Positions 26,035 through 39,168 of a DNA stretch of 64,000 nt are shown piece after piece; position 1 is the stretch's first letter; every line of letters starts with the position of its first letter. The notes beneath the pieces were generated by a model that saw only the letters and a program-made list of their open reading frames with translations, was not told the origin of the DNA and ran no database searches. This stretch comes from Squalus acanthias (lineage: Eukaryota). A program made the position numbers and the translations under genes. The DNA lies in assembly GCA_030390025.1 (NCBI GenBank), contig CM059431.1, forward strand, positions 96,846,001 to 96,910,000, read 5' to 3'.

Positions 26035-26751
26035 GGCCTAGATATTCCGATCCCTACGGGTGGGTACGCGTTGTGTACCCACCCGTAGGGACATCGGAAA
26101 TGCCGGTTTCAGGCATGCACAGCGCATGCGCTGAAAACCGGCATTTCTGATCTGTCAAGAATGGTCTTGACAGATCCTCCGGCTGCCCTGGAGCAGGGCC
26201 TCTGCGGGCGGATAGTTCTGCTTTTTGGAGACCCTCCGCCCGCAGAAAACCCTTACAATTCTTATGCCTGGTAAAAGCAGGCGTGTAAGGCCTGCTTTTA
26301 CCAGGATAAGAGTTGAAAAAAAGTTTTAAAAAAGCTAAGTTTATTTTTAGCCCCGTAAAAAACTTTAATTATTTTTTTCAAAAAATTAAATTTTTGTTTA
26401 AAATACTTAATTTATGTAATTTCAAGCCATTTTAAAAATGTAATTAAAAAAAAAATTATTTAAAGTTTTACTATGTTTTTGGGGTGATCTCCATTCATAT
26501 ATTTGACAGGTCTTCCTGTCAAGTGTATGAAGGGAGATTCCTTTCTTTGATTGGCTCCCCATGGCCCACATGATCCCAGGGACGCTGCGAACTACCTGCG
26601 CCTCTGGGATACGTGGGCCCTGCGCACTTGCAGTTTGGAGAGGCCCAGGAGTGGAAGCGTGTGCGTCCCGGGAGCCTTCAGGTAAGGGCGTAGATTTTTC
26701 CAGATCGCAGTCCTCCGCCCGCGGGAGGCCTGCGATCGGAAAATACGGGCC
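26035..26751. mobile_element. Non-autonomous Harbinger-type element (MITE), 717 bp
   Basis: Imperfect TIRs GGCCTAGATATTCCGATC / GATCGGAAAATACGGGCC and a 3-bp TSD AAT. Removing it restores the CR1 codons ctg caa caa tat gtc (LQQYV). Confidence 0.85.
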
Positions 26752-26850
26752 AATATGTCCCAGAACCATATTAGATTTAGTAATGAGTAATGAGCCAGAA
26801 TTAGTTAACAGCCTAACGTTGCGTGAACATTTATCCAATAGTGATCATAA

Positions 26851-27090
26851 GGGAATTAGGGGTTACGGGGAGCGGGCTGGAAATTGGACATGAGTTTGAG
26901 TTCGGATCGGTCAAGGCCCTGTGGGTGGTGGAGCGGGCCCAGGGGCCGAGTGGCCTGGTCCTGCTCCTACTTCTTGTGTTCTTTAGAGTTGAGGTTGGAT
27001 CAGATCAGCCATGATCTTATTCAATGGCGGAGCAGGCTCGAGGGGCCGATTGGTCTACTCCTGCTCCTATTTCTTATGTTCTTATGTTCT
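26851..27090 (+). mobile_element. Two tandem short CR1 3'-end fragments inserted in the CR1 endonuclease region
   Basis: GIRGYGERAGNWT* plus two 3'UTR hairpin/tail units ending (ttcttatg)n. They split the SDH-NMIEF motif, with an ATAA duplication. Confidence 0.8.
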
Positions 27091-29337
27091 TATAATATGA
27101 TTGAGTTCAACGTAGTGTTTGAGAGTGAGAAACGTGAAACAGCTATTAGATTTAGGTAAGGTTGACTTGAATGTGATGAGACAGAGATTGTCCACAGCAA
27201 ACTGGGCAAATCTGTTAATGGGTAAAATGACAGAAGAGCAGTGAGAGGTGTTCAAAAAAGAATTTAAGGTGATATAGAACCAGGTTATACCCTTAAGGGG
27301 CAAGAGCGCAATTTGCCAAAAAAAACCAGCCATGGACGACTAAAGAGGTAAGGGACAGCATAAAACTAAAAGAAAACCATACAAAAACCAAAAATAGCAC
27401 AGATCCTGGCGAATGGGAAAGATATAAAGAACCACAAAAGGTGACAAAACAGATAATAAGAGCTACACAAAGGGAGTATGAAAAGAAACTTGCAAGGGAT
27501 ATCAAAATCAACACGTTTTTTACAATTATATTAAGAAAAAGAGGGTGGTCAGGAGCAATTTGGGGCCCCTTAAAACTGATAACAGTGATATTGTAAATGA
27601 AAAGAAGGAAATGATGGACACATTGAATAATTACTTTGCGTCAGTATTTACAGCAGAGGAAGAGAATAGCGTGCCAGATATCCCAAGGAAACTAATATTG
27701 AATCAGGGACTCACCAAAATTAATGTAAGCAAAATAACAATAATGAAGAAAATAATGGCACTAAAGAGTGACAAATCCCCAGGACCAGATGGTTTCCATC
27801 CCAGGGTTTTAAAGGAAGTAGGTGAGAACATTGCAAATCCCTAACTATTATCTTCCAAAGTTCTCTCGATTCGGGAAACGTTTATTTGGATTGAAAAATT
27901 GCACATGTCACCCCGCTATTTAAAAAAGGTGAGAGGGGGAAACCAGGGAATTATAGACCAGTTAGCCTAACGTCTGTTGTCAGGAAATTACTAGAGTCTA
28001 TAATTAAGGATAGAGTGACTGAACACCTTGAAAATTTTCAGCTGATCAGAGAGAGCCAGCATGGATTTGTAAAAGGTTGGTTTATGCCTGACGAACCTGA
28101 TTGAATTATTTGAAGAGGTGACTAAATTAGTGGACAGGGGAATGTCTATGGATGTTATTTATATGGACTTCCAGAAGGCATTTGATAAAGTCCCATATAA
28201 GAGACTGTTAGCTAAAGTTGAAGCTCATGTAACTGAAGGCAAATTATTAACCTGATTAGGAAATTGGCTGAGTGGCAGGAGACAGAGAGTAGAGATAATG
28301 GGCAGGTACTCTAATTGGCAGGATGTGACTAGTGATGTCCCGCAAGGATCTGTGTTGGGGCCTCAACTATTCACCGTATTTATTAACTACTTAGATGATG
28401 GGAGAGAGAGCCTCATATCCAATTTTGCCAATGACAGAAAGATAGGTGGCATTGTAAGCAGTGTAGATGGAAGCATAAAATTACAAAGATATATCAATAG
28501 ATTAAGTGAATGGGCAAAACTGTGGCAAATGAATTTCAATGTAGGCAAATGTGAGATCATCTACTTTGGACCTAAAAAGGATAGAACAGGGTACTTTCTA
28601 AATGGTGAAAAGCTAAAAACAGTGGAGGTCCAAAGAGACTTGGGGGTCCAGGTACATAGATCATTAAAATGTCATGAACAGGTACAGAAAATAATCAAAA
28701 AGACTAATGGAATGTTAGCCTTTATATCTAGAGGACTAGAATACAAGGCGGTAGAAGTTATGCTGCAGCTATACAAAACCCTGGTTAGACCACACCTGGA
28801 GTGCTGTGAGCAGTTCTGGGCACCACACCTTAGGAAGGATATATTGGCCTTGGAGGGAGTGCAGCGTAGGTTTACCAGAATGATACCCGGACTTCAAGGG
28901 TTAAATTACGAGGCGAGATTACACAAACTAGGGTTGTATTCCCTGGAATTTAGAAGGTTAAGGGGTGATTTGATCAAAGTTTCAAGATATTAAGGGGAAC
29001 TGATAGGATAGATAGAGAGAAACTTTTTCTGCTGGTTGGGGATTCTAGGACTAGGGGCCGTAGTCTAAAAATTAGAGCCAGGCCTTTCAGGAGTGGAATT
29101 AGGGAACACTTCTACACACAAAGGTTGGTAGAAGTTTGGAACTCTCTTCCGCAAATGGCAATTCATGCTAGATCAATTGTTAATTTTAAATCTGAGATTG
29201 ATAGATTTTTGTTAACCAAAGTTATTAAGGGATATGGGCCAAAGGCGGGTATTTGGAGTTAGGTCGCAGATCAGCTACGATCTCATTGAATGGCAGAACA
29301 GGCTCGAGGGGCTAAATGTCCTCCTCCTGTTCCTATG

Positions 29338-32300
29338 TGAGGAGATGGCACAAGGGGCTTGGAGGTGAATGAACAGGTTGTGGGGGGAAGAGGGAGGGAG
29401 TGCATGGTGAGCAGAGGGGGCTACAGCAAAGGGGCTCCGTTAATAGAAACAAAATGCAGAAAAGGATTGAGAGAGACAGAGAGCAGTCGAGTAAGAAATA
29501 GTACGGTATTAAGTGGGGTCAGAATAAGAGAGAATACAAGAAGGTCTAAGACAGGTTTACAGTGCGTGTGTGTAAACGCACGAAGCGTGGTAAATAAGGT
29601 TGGTGAGCTGCAGGCACAAATAGCCGCATGGGAATATAATGTCGTGGTGATAACAGAGACCTGGCTCAAAAAAGGGCAGGATTGGGTACTAAACATTCCT
29701 GGATATAAGGTGTTCAGGAAAGATAGGAAAGGAAAGAAAGGAGGTGGGGTGGCAGTATTGGTTAAGGAGAATGTTACAGTGCTGGAGAGAGAGGATGTCC
29801 TGGAGGGGTCAAGGACAGAATTTATTTGGTTAGAGTTAAGAAACAATAGAGGTGCCATTACACTACTAGGTGTACTCTATAGGCCACCAACTCGTGGGAA
29901 GGATATAGAGGAGCAAATTTGCAGAGAAATTACAGAGGGGTGCAAGAACCATAGAGTAGTGATAATGGGGGACTTCAACTATCCTAATATAGACTGGGAT
30001 AGTAATAGTGTAAAGGGCAGAGAGGGGGAAGAATTTCTGATGTGCGTTCAGGAGAACTTCCTTGATCAGTACGTTTCCAGCCCAACAAGGAAGGAGGCAT
30101 TGCTGGATCTGGTTCTGAGGAATGAGGTGGGTCAAGTGAAGCAAGTGTCAGTAGGGGAACATTTAGGGAACAGTGATCATAGTATCATAAGGTTCAGATT
30201 AGCTATGGAAAAAGAAAGGGAGCAATCTAGAATAAAAATACTTAATTGGAGGAAAGCCAATTTCAGTGGGTTGAGAATGGATCTGGCCCAGGTAAACTGG
30301 AATCAAAGATTGGCAGGCAAAACTGTAATCGAACAATGGGCTACCTTTAAAGAGGAGATGGTTCGGGTACAGTTGAGGTATATTCCCACGCGGGGGAAAG
30401 GTATGGCAATCAAAGTCAGAGCTCCCTGGATGACGAAAGGGATAGGAGAGTAAGATGAAGCAGAAAAAGGGGGCGTATGACAGATGTTGGGTTGAGAATC
30501 CAAGTGAGAACTAGGCTGAATATAGAAAGTTCAGAGGGAAAGTGGAAAAGGAAATGAGAGGCAAAGAGAGAGTATGAAAATAGATTGGCAGCTAACATAA
30601 AAGGGAATCCAAAAGTCTTCTATAGTCATATAAATAGTAGATGGGTAGTAAGAGGAGGGGTGGAGCTGATTAGGGACCTAAAAGGAGACCTACGCATGGA
30701 GGCAGAGGGCATGGGGGCTGAGGTACTAAATGAGTACTTTGCATCTGTCTTTACCAAGGAAGAAGATGCTGCCAAAGTCATAGTGAAATAGGAGGTAGTT
30801 GAGATACTGGATGGGATAAAAATTGATAAAGAGGAGGTACTAGAAAGGCTGGCTATGCTTAAAGTAGATAAGTCACCAGGACCGGATGGGATGCATCCTA
30901 GAATGCTGAGGGAAGTAAACGTGGAAATTGCGGAGGTACTGGCCATAATCTTCCTTAGATATGGGGGTGGTACCAGAGGACTGGAGAATTGCAAATGTTA
31001 CACACTTGTTCAAAAAAGGGTGTAAGGATAAATCCAGCAACTACAGGCCAGTCAGTTTAACCTCGGTAGTGGGAAAGCTTTTAGAAATGATAATCCAGGA
31101 CAAAATTAACAGTCACTTGGACAAGTGTGGATTAATTAAGGAAAGCCAGCACGGATTTGTTAAAGGCAAAACGTGTTTAACTAACTTGACTGAGTTTTTG
31201 ATGAGGTAACAGAGAGGGTTGATGAGGGCAATGCGGTTGATGTGGTGTACACGGACTTCCAAAAGGTGTTTGATAAAGTGCCACATAATAGGCTTGCCAG
31301 CAAAGTTGAAGCCCATGGAATAAAGGACAGTGGCAGCATGGATACGAGGTTGGCTGAGTGACAGGAAACAGAGAGTAGTGGTGAATGGTTATTTTTCAGA
31401 CTAGAGGAAGGTATACAGTGGTGTTCCCCCGGGGTCAGTACTAGGACCACTGCTTTTCTTGATATATATTAATGACTTGCACTTGGGTGTACAGGGCACA
31501 ATTTCAAAATTTTCAGATGACACAAAACTTGGAAGTATAGTGAACAGTGAGGGGGACAGTGATAGACTTCAAGAAGGCATAGACAGGCTGGAGAAATGGG
31601 CGGACACGTGGCAGATGAAATTTAACACAGAAAGGTGCGACGTAATACATTTTGGTAGGAAGAGCAAGGAGAGGCAATATAAACTAAAGGGTATAATCCT
31701 AAAGGGGATGCATGAACAGAGAGACCTGGGGGTATGTGTGCACAAATCATTGAAGGGGGCAGGGCAGGTTGAGAAAGCGCTTAAAAACGCATACGGGATC
31801 CTGGGCTTCATAAATAGAGGCATAGAGTACAAAAGCAAGGAAGTTATGATGAACCTTTATAAAACACTGGTCCGACCTCAACTGGAGTATTGTGTCCAAT
31901 TCTGGGCACCGCACTTTAGGAAGGATGTGAAGGCCTTAGAGAGGGTGCAGAAAAGATTTACAAGAATGGTTCCAGGAATGAGGGACTTCAGTTACGTGGA
32001 TAGACTGGAGAAGCTGGGGTTGTTATCCTTAGAGCAGAGAAGGTTGAGAGGAGATTTGATAGAGGTGTTCAAAATCATGAGGAGTCTAGACAGAGTAGAT
32101 AGAGAGAAACTGTTCCCATTGTAGGAAGGGTCGAGAACCAGAGGACACAGATTTAAGGTGATTGGCAAAAGAACCAAAGGCGACATGAGGGAAAACTTTT
32201 TTACGCAGTGAGTGGTTAGGATCTGGAATGCACTGCCTGAAAGGGTAGTGGAGGAAGATTCAATCACAGCTTTCAAAATGGAATTGGCTAAGTACCTGAA

Positions 32301-32427
32301 GGAAAAAGATTTGCAGGGCTACAGGGAAAGGGCGGGGGAGTGGGACTAACTGAAGTGCTCTTGCAGAGAGCCGGAATGGGCTCAACAGGCCGAATGGCCT
32401 CCTTCTGTGCTGTAACCATTCTATGAA
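29338..32427 (+). mobile_element. CR1 LINE with near-complete but disrupted ORF2, lacking ORF1
   Basis: Endonuclease ORF 29359-30453 (CVNARSV, ITETWL, GDFNYP, SDH), RT fragments, end LQGYRERAGEWD* at 32349 and tail attctatg. Confidence 0.95.
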
Positions 32428-35400
32428 ACACAGAAACATAGAAGATAGGAGCAGGAGTAGGCCATTCGGCCGCTCGAGCCTGCTCCGCCATTCGATGAGA
32501 TCATGGCTGATCATCCAAACTCAGTACCCTGTACCTGCCTTCTCCCCATATCCCTTGATACCTTTAGCTTTAAGAAATATATCTAACTCATTCTTGAATA
32601 TATTTAATGACTTGGCCTCAACTACCTTCTGTGGTAGAGAATTCCACAGGTTCACCACTCTCTGGGTGAAGAAATTCTTCCTCATTTCTGTCCTAAATGG
32701 CTTACCCGTTATCCTTAGATTATGACCCCTGGTTCTGGACTCTCCGACCATCGGGAACATTCTTCCTGCATCTAGTTTGACCAGACCTGTCAGAATTTTA
32801 TATGTTTCGATGAGATCCCCTCTCATTCTTCTATACTCCAGCGAGTATAAGCCCAATCGACACAATCTCTCCTCATATGTCATTCCTGCCATCCCAGGTA
32901 TCAGCCTTGTGGTGAATCTTCGCTGAACTCCCTCCATGGCAAGAACATCCTTCCTCAGATAAGGCGACCAAAACTGCACACAATACTCAAGGTGTGGTCT
33001 CACCAAGGCCCTGTACAACTGCAGCAGGACATCCCTGTTCCTATACTCAAACCCTTTCGCTATGAAGGCCAACATACCATTTGCCTTCTTCACCGCCTGC
33101 TGCACCTGCATGCTTACCTTCAGCGACTGGTGCACAAGGACACCCAGGTCTCGTTGCACTTCCCCTTCTCCCAATCTATTGCCATTCAGATAATAGTCTG
33201 CCTTTCTGTTTTTGACACCAAAGTGGATAACCTCGCATTTATCCATGTTATATTGCATCTGCCAAGCTTCTGCCCACTCACCCAACCTGTCCAAATCATA
33301 CTGGAGTTTCTCGGTATCCTCCTCGCAGCACACACTCCCACCCAGCTTTGTGTCATCTGCAAACTTGGAGATATTACATTTAGTTCCCTTATCTAGATCA
33401 TTAATGTATATTGTGAATAGCTGGGGTCCAAGGACCGATCCCTGCGGTACCCCACTAGTCACTGCTTCCCACTTGGAAAAAGACCCATTAATTCCTACTC
33501 TTTGCTTTCTGTCCGCCAACCAGTTCTCTATCCAAGTCAATACCTTGCCTCCAATCCCATGTGCCTTAACTTTACACGCTAATCTCTTATGCGGGACCTT
33601 ATCGAAAGCCTTTTGAAAGTCCAAATACACCACATCTACTGGTTCTCCCTTATCTATTTTCCCACTTACATCCTCAAAAAATTCCAGTAGATTAGTCAAG
33701 CACGATTTACCTTTTGTAAATCCATGTTGACTTTGTCCGATCCTGTCACTGTTTTTCAAGTGCTCAGCTATTACATCTTTTATAATGGACTCTAGCATTT
33801 TCCCCACTACCGATGTCAGTCTGTAATTCCCCGCTTTCTCTCTACCACCCTTTTTGAATAGTGGGGTAACATTAGCTACCCTCCAATCCATGGGTACAGT
33901 TCCAGATTCCATCGAATGTTGGAAGATGATCAGCAATGCATCTACTATTTCTAGGGCCACTTCCTTAAGTACCCTAGGATGTAGATTATCAGGCCCTGGG
34001 GATTTATCGGCCTTCAATCCCGTCAATTTCCCTAACACCATTTCCCTGCAAATACTGATTTCTTTCAGTTCCTCCCTTTCATCAGACCGTATGTTCTCCA
34101 ACATCTCTGGGAGGTTATTTGTGTCCTCCTTTGTGAAGACAGAACCAAAATATGCATTTAATTGGTCTGCCATTTCTTTGTTTCCCATTATAACTTCCCC
34201 CGCTTCTGACTGCAAGGGACCTACACTTGATTTCACTAATCTTTTTCTCTTCACATATCTATAAAAACTCTTATAGTCAGTTTTTATGTTCCCTGCAAGC
34301 TACTTTCATATTCTATTTTCCCCTTCTTAATTAATCCCTTTGTCCTCCTTTGTTGAATCCTAAACTGCTCCCAATCCTCAGGGTTACCGCTTTTTCTGGC
34401 CAATTTATATGCCCTCTCCTTGGATCTTATGCTATCCCTAATTTCCCTTGTTAGCCACGGTTGATTCACCCTTTTTGTTTTATTCTTATGCCACACTGGG
34501 ATGAACAAATTCTGTAGTTCATCCATGCAGTCTTTGAATGTTTGCCATTGCCTATCCACTGTCAACCCTTTGAGTGACATTCCCCAATCAATCCTACCCA
34601 ATTCGCGCCTCATACCATCGTAGTTTCCTTTATTTAAATTCAGGACCCTAGTCTCTGATTCAACTACTTCACTCTCCATCCTAATGAAGAATTCTATCAT
34701 ATTATGATCACTCTGACCCAAGGGGCCTCGTACAACAAGATTGCTAATTAATCCTTTCTCGTTACATAGTACCCAGTCGAAGATGGCCTGATCTCTGTTT
34801 GGTTCCTCGATATATTGTTCCAGAAAACCATCTCGTAAACATTCTAGGAATTCCTCCTCCACAGTATTTTTACTAATTTGGTTAGCCCAATTTATATGTA
34901 AACTAAAGTCACCCATGATGACTGCTGTGCCCTTACTGCATACTTCTCTAATTTCCCTTTTAATGCCATCCCCAATCTCCGTATTACTGTTTGGAGGTCT
35001 ATATACCACTCTCACTAACGTTTTCTGCCCCTTGTTATTTCTCAGTTCTACCCATACAGATTCCGCATCATCAGAGCTAATATCCTTCCTTTTAATTGTG
35101 TTAATCCCCTCTTTAACCAGCAATGCTACCCCACCTCCCTTTCTTTTTTGCCTATCTTTCCTAAATATTGTATACCCCTGGATGTTGAGTTCCCAGCCTT
35201 GGCCACCCTAGAGCCATGTTTCTGTAATCCCAATCAAATCGTATTCATTTACCTCTATTTGCACAGCTAATTCATCCACCTTGTTCCGAATGCTCCTTGC
35301 ATTAAGACACAAAGCCTTCAGGCTTGTTTTTTTAACGCTCTCAGACCTATATGAATTATTATTTACTGTGACCATGTTTGATTTAAACCGTTGAGTTCTT

Positions 35401-35505
35401 TGCCTTCTACTTTTGTTTTTCTCCTTCCTGTCTTTTGCTTTTATCCTTGTTTCCCTTTCCTCTGTCTCCCTGCTCAGGTTCCCAACCCCCTGCCACTTTA
35501 GTTTA
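32428..35505 (-). mobile_element. CR1 LINE with near-intact ORF2, 5'-truncated at the ORF1 stop
   Basis: 577-aa RT ORF 32521-34254 (YLDFQKAFD, FADD) plus endonuclease ORF; tail (tttctrtg)n; same subfamily as 60465-64000. Confidence 0.96.
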
Positions 35506-35839
35506 TGTTTCTATGAATATCTTCCATTGTGCTCCATAAAACTCCCAGGTCCATCCCTCTCGGTCTCAACCACCCACCCACTGTTGCCCCCCTGCTGAAC
35601 AGGGGTTAAACACACAAACTATGTCTTAACAGGCACATAAATGGTGCAAATGGAATTTGTTTTTCGGGTATGTGTAAAATGAGATGGAAATCCTGGGGAG
35701 CGCAGACCCACTCCCCATCACCCCAAAGACTCCTCACCAGGACCGCAATTTCCTAATGTGAGCCCTCCACTCTTGGATTGTAATTGCAATTATTGAAACA
35801 GAAAACTGAAGGAAAGCCATTGTTCGAGGCACTTCGTAC

Positions 35840-35953
35840 CTTGTAAATCAGATACTCCTCTTATAGCTTCTCCTGTCTCATTTTCTCCATTGTCACTTTT
35901 TGTTATTTCTTCAGAATTCCGGTCCTTCAGATCCCTTGTGCAAATTATCTCAT
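35840..35953 (-). CDS. Candidate 114-nt phase 1-1 exon (EIICTRDLKDRNSEEITKSDNGENETGEAIRGVSDLQ)
   Basis: Acceptor ttgttattatcgcag, donor CAAG|gtacga, open acidic frame; same length as the exons at 10285 and 23714. Confidence 0.45.
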
Positions 35954-36903
35954 CTGCGATAATAACAATGTAAACTGGTTTTAGAGTTGCCCCATATTAC
36001 TGTGCTCATCATATTCATTCCATCCTGGGGTGATTGTGTGATCCTGCACCTCCAGGGGACCTGGGTTTGTGGGAGCCTTGGATTAGAGAATGCAGCCGAC
36101 ATTGGTCGCTCCCAGTGTGGGATCGCCCCAATGATAAACACCGTGCATTAATCAGTAATGTACATCTTCGATTTATGAAAATGGACATTAATGGGACTCT
36201 GGTAGAAAAGGGGAGAGAAATTGGGGGGTGAGGCTAACCATCCACTCAACGCCCTAACCCGAATTCCCCCACCCTCCTGTGGGACGGCCACTGATCACTC
36301 CTTCCTGGCTGGTTGCAAGTGCTAGTGGGGAGGGTGGGGTCCGGGGTCCCATCTGTTTCCCCCTTTCCACCCCACCCCTCGTTCCGTCACTCTCTGGGCC
36401 TGTTGTGCCTGTTGTGTTGGCCTGCGGAAGCGGTGGGAATGACCCCAGATGGAGGGAGATGGCCTTGCAGTGGCCTGCTCTTCCCAACCCACTGCCGAGC
36501 CTCACCTGCTCAGGCCTCAGGCTCCACTCAGGTCTTTGGTGGACGACAGACCAGTTTTCAGGGCTCCGAAGCCCCTTTAAGGTGTCTTTGGGCCTCTTTG
36601 CCAACTTCATAATCTTGGGGGACAATGGCCGGCTCCTGGTTGCTGGCTAGAACCCTAGAGCCGTGAATTTGTAATGATCCCTGATCCAGGGAACAGGTCT
36701 GGGTCATTATGGGATCAGGGCAGTGAGCGGAAGTCCTGTCCTGTCCTGACCCTGTAGGGCTGGAGTCATTGCAGCGTCATGAGGTAGTCCTGTTCTGACT
36801 CGACCCTGTAGGGCTGGGGTCATTGCGGGGTCGGCCGGAAGTCCTGTCGGGCTGGGCTAAGGAAAATCCAGCCCTAAAAGTCATCTTTAAGTCTGCAGCT
36901 CAC

Positions 36904-36999
36904 CTCTTCTTTCCTTGTATCCTTCAAGCTGCCAGAGAATATCGTTCAACATGTTCAGAGGTGCTCCCTCTTTTTCAGGAGAAATCAGGAAACGCAGTT
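36904..36999 (-). CDS. Candidate 96-nt phase 1-1 exon (LRFLISPEKEGAPLNMLNDILWQLEGYKERR)
   Basis: Acceptor tgtaaatttacag preceded by a (CT)n tract, donor AGAG|gtgagc, open frame. Confidence 0.55.
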
Positions 37000-37052
37000 C
37001 TGTAAATTTACAAACAGATGGGAATGAACAGATCGATGGGAAAGGGCTGGAC

Positions 37053-37073
37053 AGAGAGAGAGAGAGAGAGAGA
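37053..37073 (+). repeat. (GA)n microsatellite
   Basis: Direct observation. Confidence 0.9.
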
Positions 37074-37123
37074 GTGAGTGCAAAATACAGGGAAAGCACA
37101 CAATAAAAGCCGCCTATACATAC

Positions 37124-37219
37124 TGCAGTGCTTGCTGATGTCTTGCAACACGTGCTTGAGGATTAGTACAGTGTCATCTTTCCCTTCTGAGGATATCTGT
37201 GGGTCTCCCAACCTCTCAC
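37124..37219 (-). CDS. Candidate 96-nt phase 1-1 exon (ERLGDPQISSEGKDDTVLILKHVLQDISKHC)
   Basis: Acceptor cctaattctttcag, donor TGCA|gtatgt; a 124-nt intron joins it in frame to the next exon. Confidence 0.55.
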
Positions 37220-37373
37220 CTGAAAGAATTAGGAGCTGATTAGGGTTACAATGAACAGGCGCTTGTTCAGACCTGACTAGTTAGGGCAGATTTTCCAGAT
37301 TGGCTCCAGGGGTCTCTGACATACCCAGCATACCTCAGGGGCAATAGGAAACTGCACACATTTCACCCGCCCC

Positions 37374-38521
37374 ACCCCCTGGACATTTCACCCCCTGGCC
37401 CCCTGGACACTTCACCCCCTGGCCCCCTGGACATTTCACCCCTGGCCCCCTGGACATTTCACCCCCTGGCCCCCTGGACACTTCACCCCCTGGCCCCCTG
37501 GACATTTCACCCCCTGGCCCCCTGGACATTTCACGCCCTGGCCCCCTGGACACTTCACCCCCTGGCCCCCTGGACATTTCACCCCCTGGCCCCCTGGACA
37601 TTTCACCCCCTGGCCCCCTGGACACTTCACCCCCTGGCCCCCTGGACATTTCACCCCCTGGCCCCCTGGACATTTCACCCCCTGGCCCCCTGGACATTTC
37701 ACCCCCGGCCCCCTGGACACTTCACCCCCCGGCCCCCTGGACACTTCACCCCCCCGGCCCCCGGGACACTTCACCCCCCGGCCCCCTGGACATTTCACCC
37801 CCGGCCCCCTGGACATTTCACCCCCGGCCCCCTGGACACTTCACCCCCGGCCCCCTGGACATTTCACCCCCGGCCCCCTGGACACTTCACCCCCCGGCCC
37901 CCTGGACACTTCACCCCCGGCCCCCTGGACATTTCACCCCCGGCCCCCGGGACATTTCACCCCCCGGCCCCCTGGACACTTCACCCCCCGGCCCCCTGGA
38001 CACTTCACCCCCGGCCCCCTGGACATTTCACCCCCGGCCCCCTGGACACTTCACCCCCTGGCCCCCTGGACACTTCACCCCCCGGCCCGCTGGACATTTC
38101 ACCCCCGGCCCCCTGGACATTTCACCCCCGGCCCCCTGGACACTTCACCCCCGGCCCCCGGGACACTTCACCCCCCGGCCCGCTGGACATTTCACCCCCG
38201 GCCCCCTGGACATTTCACCCCCTGGCCCCCTGGACATTTCACCCCCTGGCCCCCTGGACACTTCACCCCCCGGCCCCCTGGACATTTCACCCCCCGGCCC
38301 CCTGGACATTTCACCCCCTGGCCCCCTGGACATTTCACCCCCGGCCCCCTGGACATTTCACCCCCCGGCCCCCTGGACACTTCACCCCCCGGCCCCCTGG
38401 ACATTTCACCCCCGGCCCCCTGGACATTTCACCCCCGGCCCCCTGGACACTTCACCCCCTGGCCCCCTGGACACTTCACCCCCGGCCCCCTGGACACTTC
38501 ACCCCCGGCCCCCTGGACATT
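37374..38521 (+). repeat. C-rich minisatellite, 23-24 bp unit GGCCCCCTGGACA(T/C)TTCACCCC(C), ~48 copies
   Basis: Tandem array. Confidence 0.95.
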
Positions 38522-38752
38522 ACCCCTGCACCCTGCATCTCCAGGTGGGGCCTCTCCCCACCCCGCCTCTATATTGGGCTCTGCAGCGGCAGAACGAATG
38601 CATTCTCAGCGCAGCTCGCAGCCTCTCAGACCAGCACTCAGGCAGGGAATCCAGGACTAGAAGCTTCTAAAAATTAGAGGTCAGAGGTCAGAGATCCCAG
38701 TCGCTTTGGAGTAGGTTTGCAAGAATCTGATTCCATCGTGTCTTAGATGAAT

Positions 38753-39168
38753 TGTGCAAACCCCTCCCCCACCCCGATCGAATCGTGCAAACCCCTCCCC
38801 CACCCCGATCGAATCGTGCAAACCCCTCCCCAACCCCGATCGAATCGTGCAAACCCCTCCCCCACCCCGATCGAATCGTGCAAGCCCCTCCCCCACCCCG
38901 ATCGAATCGTGCAAACCCCTCCCCCACCCCGATCGAATCGTGCAAACCCCTCCCCAACCCCGATCGAATCGTGCAAACTCCTCCCCACCCCGATCGAATC
39001 GTGCAAACCCCTCCCCCACCCCAATCGAATCGTGCAAGCCCCTCCCCCACCCCGATCGAATCATGCAAGCCCCATCCCACCCGAACGAATCGTGTAAACC
39101 CCTCCCCCACCCCGATCGAATCGTGCAAGCCCCTCCCCCACCCCGATCAAATCATGCAAGCCCCTCCC
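38753..39168 (+). repeat. 31-bp minisatellite GTGCAAACCCCTCCCCCACCCCGATCGAATC, ~13 copies
   Basis: Tandem array; ~3 degenerate copies at the paralogous site 48317-48405. Confidence 0.95.

Larger units (their letters stand above)
24050..29337 (+). mobile_element. Full-length decayed CR1 LINE (ORF1 24371-25338, ORF2 ~25555-29262) with two nested insertions
   Basis: ORF1 has a CxxC..CxxC finger, a leucine-rich helix and an SGNH esterase motif (VVVGDSIIRG). ORF2 has APE endonuclease (YTNAWSI, AITETWL, SDH) and RT motifs. Multiple stops; 5' end approximate. Confidence 0.93.

Noticed and set aside
36210..36878. Possible further MITE ending GGAAAATCCAGCCC-TAA, with a short internal duplication
   Set aside because: No convincing matching left TIR or TSD was found by eye.
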